This document shows positions 60,005 to 64,000 of a DNA stretch of 64,000 bases, in pieces (position 1 is the first letter of the stretch; the number at the start of each line of letters is the position of its first letter). Below the pieces are notes generated by a model. It ran no database searches. It had not been told where the DNA came from and worked only from the letters and a program-made list of their open reading frames with translations. Origin of the DNA: Entomortierella parvispora E1425 (taxonomy: Eukaryota; Fungi; Mortierellomycota); NCBI GenBank assembly GCA_020891255.1, contig BQFW01000004.1:2046001-2110000 (forward strand), written 5' to 3'. Position numbers and translations under genes: made by a program.

Positions 60005-61344
60005 TTAATGACTGTTTTGGTTCAAGGCCGCGTTGCTGCTGTAGCTGACACGGTTGTCTGGATAGTCGCTGTGGACAGTTGTGCCGGTTGTGCCGGTTGT
60101 ACCGGTGGCAGAGGAAGAAGTGACCTTGTCCTTGTCCTTCTTGAAGGGGTTCCAGCTCTTCTTGGGCTTCTCGGTTGTGTATGCTGTGGTGGCGGTGTTG
60201 TCGTACTGGCCAGTGTTGCTGGCACCATAGGCATCATAGCCGGCGTTGGTGGGGTTGTAGCCTGCGTTGGTGGGGTTGTAGCCTGCGTTGGTGGGGTTGT
60301 AGCCTGCGTTGTAGGCATTGCCACCGTTGGCGTAGGTGGGATCTGGCTGGACAGTATGGCGCTTGCGACCAAGGAGGCTCCAGTCTTTATCGTACGCGTG
60401 ACTGGTGCGGCCCTGGGCATCCAAGGCCTTCATGCGGTGCCGGTAGGCCAAGGACTGGAAGACAATACCCAAGATGATCAAACCTCCGACCACACCCAAC
60501 ATGATGTACAAGTTGGCGGTGAGTCTGTAGTTGGCAGTGTTGTTGGAGGTAAAGAAGCTCTTGATGGACTGCGTGAATCCAGTGCGGGCAAACAAGTCAA
60601 TACCAACGACGGTCAAGTAGGCACCGATCAAGGCCGAGGCCGGGATCAAGATTCTGCGGCCGAAAGCGAGTCCTATGAGGAGACCCAAGGCGGAAGCACC
60701 GACCAAGAGACCGATACGTCCACCTCTGGAACGGATCAAACCCTCGTTTCTCCAGCCAAGGATATAGAGAGCGACCATCAAACCGGCCAAGGCGCCCAAA
60801 AGCCAGACAGTATAGATATGGAATATACAGCAAATGGCACCGATTATAAGACCGGCAGCGATACAGGCAAAGAGATAGATGACCTGGCCGTAGCGCCAAC
60901 CCTGGGAGGGCTCGACGTTGGCCAAGATGGAGTAGAGAATGACACATCCGACAATGAAGCCGGTCAAGAACATGGTGAATCGAAAGTAACGGTAACCGCG
61001 GAACGTCAAGACGATTCCGATCAACAAGAGAATGTAACCGGCAACGATGCGCTCCCAGGTGAGGTCGATGGAGGTACCATCTCCGAGGACGCCGTTACCG
61101 TCTATTTTTTTTTCAATGTTGGTATGTAGTTAGAAGTTCGCTTGGTGAGCCAAAGCGCGCTACCGTCCGAGTTCATTCAAGGTGAGCAAACATAGTATCA
61201 AAGCACAAGAAATAAACACTTACTGCTGGGGGTTGGCTGCGGGGTTGGCTGCTGAGCAAAGGCGAGGAGGGGGAGCATGAACATTAAGAGCATCTGGAAG
61301 GAGCTCATCAGCTTGCTACCCATGGCACGTTGTTGAACACCCAT
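60005..61344 (-). CDS. Multi-pass membrane protein, TM7S3/TMEM198-like (DUF4203), 2 exons
   Basis: Signal-peptide-like exon (LLMFMLPLLAFAQQPTPQPTP), intron 61102-61223, then LLLIGIVLTFRGYRYFRFTMFLTGF...ASALIGAYLTVVGIDLFARTGF with ~6-7 TM segments. The start could be 61344, 61323 or 61284. Confidence 0.75.
60243..60311 (-). repeat. 21-bp coding tandem repeat x3 (GYNPTNA)
   Basis: gcgttggtggggttgtagcct repeated three times on +. Confidence 0.92.
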
Positions 61345-62188
61345 GGTTTTAGATTGGTAATGGCGATGTCTAGACTTGGGGTTCGTAGCGGGTAGAAGGA
61401 AGAAGGGTGGGGAGGGAAAAAGGTAGGGCTGTTTTCAATGGAGTTGATTGGGGAAGGGTTAGTTGGATAGAAAAGAAAAACACTGAAGTGGGGAGACGCC
61501 ATGAATTTTATATCAAGCCTTAGGAGCGCGCAGTGAATCAGAGACACGCGCAGGGTTTTTCTTCTTTTCTGTTTCCCACACTTTTCTACGACTATCTTGT
61601 CTTTGATCAAGAATAATTTGCAGGATGGGGTAGGGACAGGCGGGGAAGGGTGGAGGGTGAAGGGTCCACAATGATTAGAAGAAAGAAAAAAAAAAAAAAA
61701 AAAAAAAGCAAGACACGACTCGCACGCGTCTCATTCGCCGCATTTTTGCGTGACTGCCAAAATGCGCCACCGCGGCCCCCTCCAGCAAACAAAACTCGGC
61801 AGAGCCGTTTCTGGCCACACAGCGAGGAGGGGACCCCAGGGCCAGGGACGGCTGATCACGGCTTTCTGATTCCACGGACCACCATCATTGCCTTGCGCCT
61901 GACCCGGGATTCATCTTTGCTCCTTCCATCTCAGCTGCAAAACACGAACCACTGCCCCCATGGCCGCCCCTGCAAGAACCATGGCCCATCGACTCGGTCT
62001 GGCCTCGACTGCCATCTCATGCCAGGTAGCTTCCTGGTCTTTGCTTGTTCATGGAACAGACTGATTCTTGTTCTCTGCCGTGTTCACGAGAGGAGCAGAC
62101 TTGTCGGACCCCCGAGGAACCAAGACACCCGATCCCCGCTAACAAACAAACTTCTTCCTCCCTCCTTTAGCTCTCGAACGCAACAAGA

Positions 62189-62911
62189 ATGTCGATCCGA
62201 TCCAAATACCCAACAGCAGCCCAGCGATCCTTCAACACCTCGAAACCTAGAGCCTATACATCACCATCGTCATCAACACAGCCACCACTGCGTTCCCAGG
62301 CCAAAACAGAGGCGTCTGACTTCAGACGCAAGGTCAAGGCCAGGAACACTGATCTGCTCTACTACACAGCCTCGATTCTCATGGGCACTTTGGGATTGTC
62401 TTATGCGGCTGTCCCCCTGTACCGCATGTTTTGTTCTGCCACAGGTCTCGGAGGTGCTCCCATGGTAGGCGTGACAAAGTTTGCGCCTGAGCGTTTGGTT
62501 CCTCAAGAGAACCACCGTCGCATCAAGGTCAAGTTCAATGCCGACACATCCACCTCCTTGCAGTGGTCATTCCAACCTCAACAGCGGATGGTCCAGGTCC
62601 TGCCTGGTGAGACTGCCTTGGCCTTCTATACGGCTCGCAACAAATCCGAGGAGGATGTGATTGGCATTGCGACCTACAACGTGACGCCGTCCAAGGTGGC
62701 ACCTTACTTCAACAAGATCCAGTGCTTTTGTTTTGAGGAGCAAAAGCTGATGTCGGGCGAGGAGGTCGATATGCCCATCTTTTTCTTCTTGGACCCCGAG
62801 TTTGCAAAGGATCCCGATATGTCGGATGTGGACACCGTGGTGTTGAGTTATACCTTCTTCAAGGCCAGAGGTATGCCTTTTGAGAAGCAGCCAGGCATTG
62901 CGGAGCAATAA
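62189..62911 (+). CDS. COX11: Cytochrome c oxidase copper chaperone COX11/CtaG, intronless
   Basis: LSYAAVPLYRMFCSATGLGG, GETALAFY, YFNKIQCFCFEEQ (CFCF copper motif), DMPIFFFLDPEF, LSYTFF. Confidence 0.97.
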   Translation: MSIRSKYPTAAQRSFNTSKPRAYTSPSSSTQPPLRSQAKTEASDFRRKVKARNTDLLYYTASILMGTLGLSYAAVPLYRMFCSATGLGGAPMVGVTKFAPERLVPQENHRRIKVKFNADTSTSLQWSFQPQQRMVQVLPGETALAFYTARNKSEEDVIGIATYNVTPSKVAPYFNKIQCFCFEEQKLMSGEEVDMPIFFFLDPEFAKDPDMSDVDTVVLSYTFFKARGMPFEKQPGIAEQ

Positions 62912-63746
62912 AAAAAAAACAGGAGCGACAAAGCCCGCAATTTGTTCAAGACAAGCCCAAAGCAAGAAACAGCAAGTGGCAGCATCGCAACAGGGTCTGA
63001 GGAGGTCCATTTTGCATAGAGAAGAACATAGAACCATCCCCAAGACCACAGCCGTTGTTATAAACTTTATATGGTGTATTCTCAAAAACAAAAACAAAAT
63101 GACATGAGCCTGAAGAGATCTAGTGAAGGTAGCAGTTTGCGTTTGCGGTGTGGAGTCATTGGTGGGAGGAGAGGAAGGATATGGTAAACAATGATGAGAG
63201 CAGCAGGGGGACGGACGCCGAAAACCATGGGAAGCACGAGAAGGAACAAACAGCATTACGCCTGGGGCACAGACACCAACAGGTGACAGAAAGGAGTGGT
63301 GAGAAAAACGAAAAGAGTCGAGAACGAACGGTGTGGAGGAAAGAGAGCCAGGCAGGAAGAGAAGGGAAAGAACGAGGAAGGGGAGAAAAGGAGAAAAGGA
63401 GAACAGGACAATCGAATGTTGTTCCTCCACATCCACACACACCGCAAAGTCACCTCTGTCACTGGATTCCCTTTTACAGAAAGTCCCTCTGCCTGTTTCT
63501 ACATACGCACATGAATTCCTTCGTTTCACATCATTCGTTTCCATTGATTCTCTTCTCTTCTCTCTTTGCTCACACCCTTCCTGGCTACATTCTCATTGCC
63601 TCTCTCTCTTTGTCTCCCCCCTCCTCCTCTCTCTCCCCCTTTCCTTCATCTCTTCTCCTCCTCCTCCTCCTCCTCCACGCACGCCACCCTCATTTTGACC
63701 CCGACCATCTTCATCTCCGTCCTCCTTCTCCACATCCACTCCCGCG

Positions 63747-64000
63747 ATGACAAAGATCAAGCCTAGGCTGATTGCCCGCATCTCTTGTCAAGAGTGCCGT
63801 AGACGCAAGACCAGATGCAACTATGATGGACAGGGCGACAAGTGCTCGACCTGTGCCCGGATAGGCACAACCTGCATCTTTGCTCAAAAGAATGGAGTTG
63901 TGCTCGACATGGACAAAGTCATGGAGGAAAACAATCCTCACTTGGTCCATCAGCGGGAAAAGGAGCAGCGGGCCAAGGAGAGGGAGAGAGAGCGACTCCG
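63747..64000 (+). CDS. Zn2Cys6 zinc-cluster transcription factor, N-terminal part (truncated by window end)
   Basis: MTKIKPRLIARISCQECRRRKTRCNYDGQGDKCSTCARIGTTCIF gives C-x2-C-x6-C-x8-C-x2-C-x6-C; frame open to the window end. Confidence 0.88.
   Translation, partial: MTKIKPRLIARISCQECRRRKTRCNYDGQGDKCSTCARIGTTCIFAQKNGVVLDMDKVMEENNPHLVHQREKEQRAKERERERL

Noticed and set aside
59915-61129. 404-aa plus-strand ORF with VGGVVAC repeats
   Set aside because: Exact antisense of the DUF4203 gene; the repeats mirror GYNPTNA.
21235-62911. Functional cluster of mitochondrial or RNA-modification genes (MSS1, NFU1, COX11, TRM7)
   Set aside because: Dispersed over 40 kb among unrelated genes, as expected by chance for housekeeping loci.
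62567-63544. 325-aa minus-strand ORF
   Set aside because: Partly antisense to COX11, and the rest is low-complexity CT-rich promoter sequence.
1-64000. tRNA, rRNA, snRNA, transposase, reverse transcriptase or telomeric repeats
   Set aside because: None recognised by eye. tRNAscan-SE, Infernal and RepeatMasker would be needed to exclude short or degenerate copies.

Overview
Eukaryotic (fungal) nuclear DNA, gene-dense and intron-rich, with many poly-A/T tracts, CT-rich leaders and microsatellites. The gene content and style (F-box/LRR-like family, class C GPCR, UBE2W, animal-like SREBP, 70-130 nt GT-AG introns) suggest an early-diverging fungus, most like Mortierellaceae; this is inference and the species cannot be determined. 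About 23 protein-coding loci were reconstructed by hand-splicing. In order: GABA-B-like class C GPCR (partial, runs off the left end), F-box protein, RIX1/PELP1, SREBP, a secreted Cys/Pro-Ala-repeat protein, an orphan gene, MSS1/MnmE, an APC amino-acid permease with a giant tail, EXO1, an orphan F-box C-terminal fragment, RDS2/AcuM, UBE2W, NFU1, RPS10, PLS1-type tetraspanin, TRM7, SMN, AVO2-like ankyrin protein, GYP5-like RabGAP, SPG1/TEM1, a DUF4203 membrane protein, COX11 and a Zn2Cys6 factor (partial, right end). No tRNA, rRNA, CRISPR array or intact transposon was recognised. The most notable observations are: (1) a Venus-flytrap + 7TM class C GPCR with a probable PH-like domain in its cytoplasmic tail, two consecutive 89-nt GC-AG introns and a 15-nt micro-exon; (2) a free-standing 75-codon ORF matching the C-terminal motif of the F-box protein 24 kb away; (3) a permease with an ~780-aa disordered tail. 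Exon boundaries are manual and unverified by transcripts.
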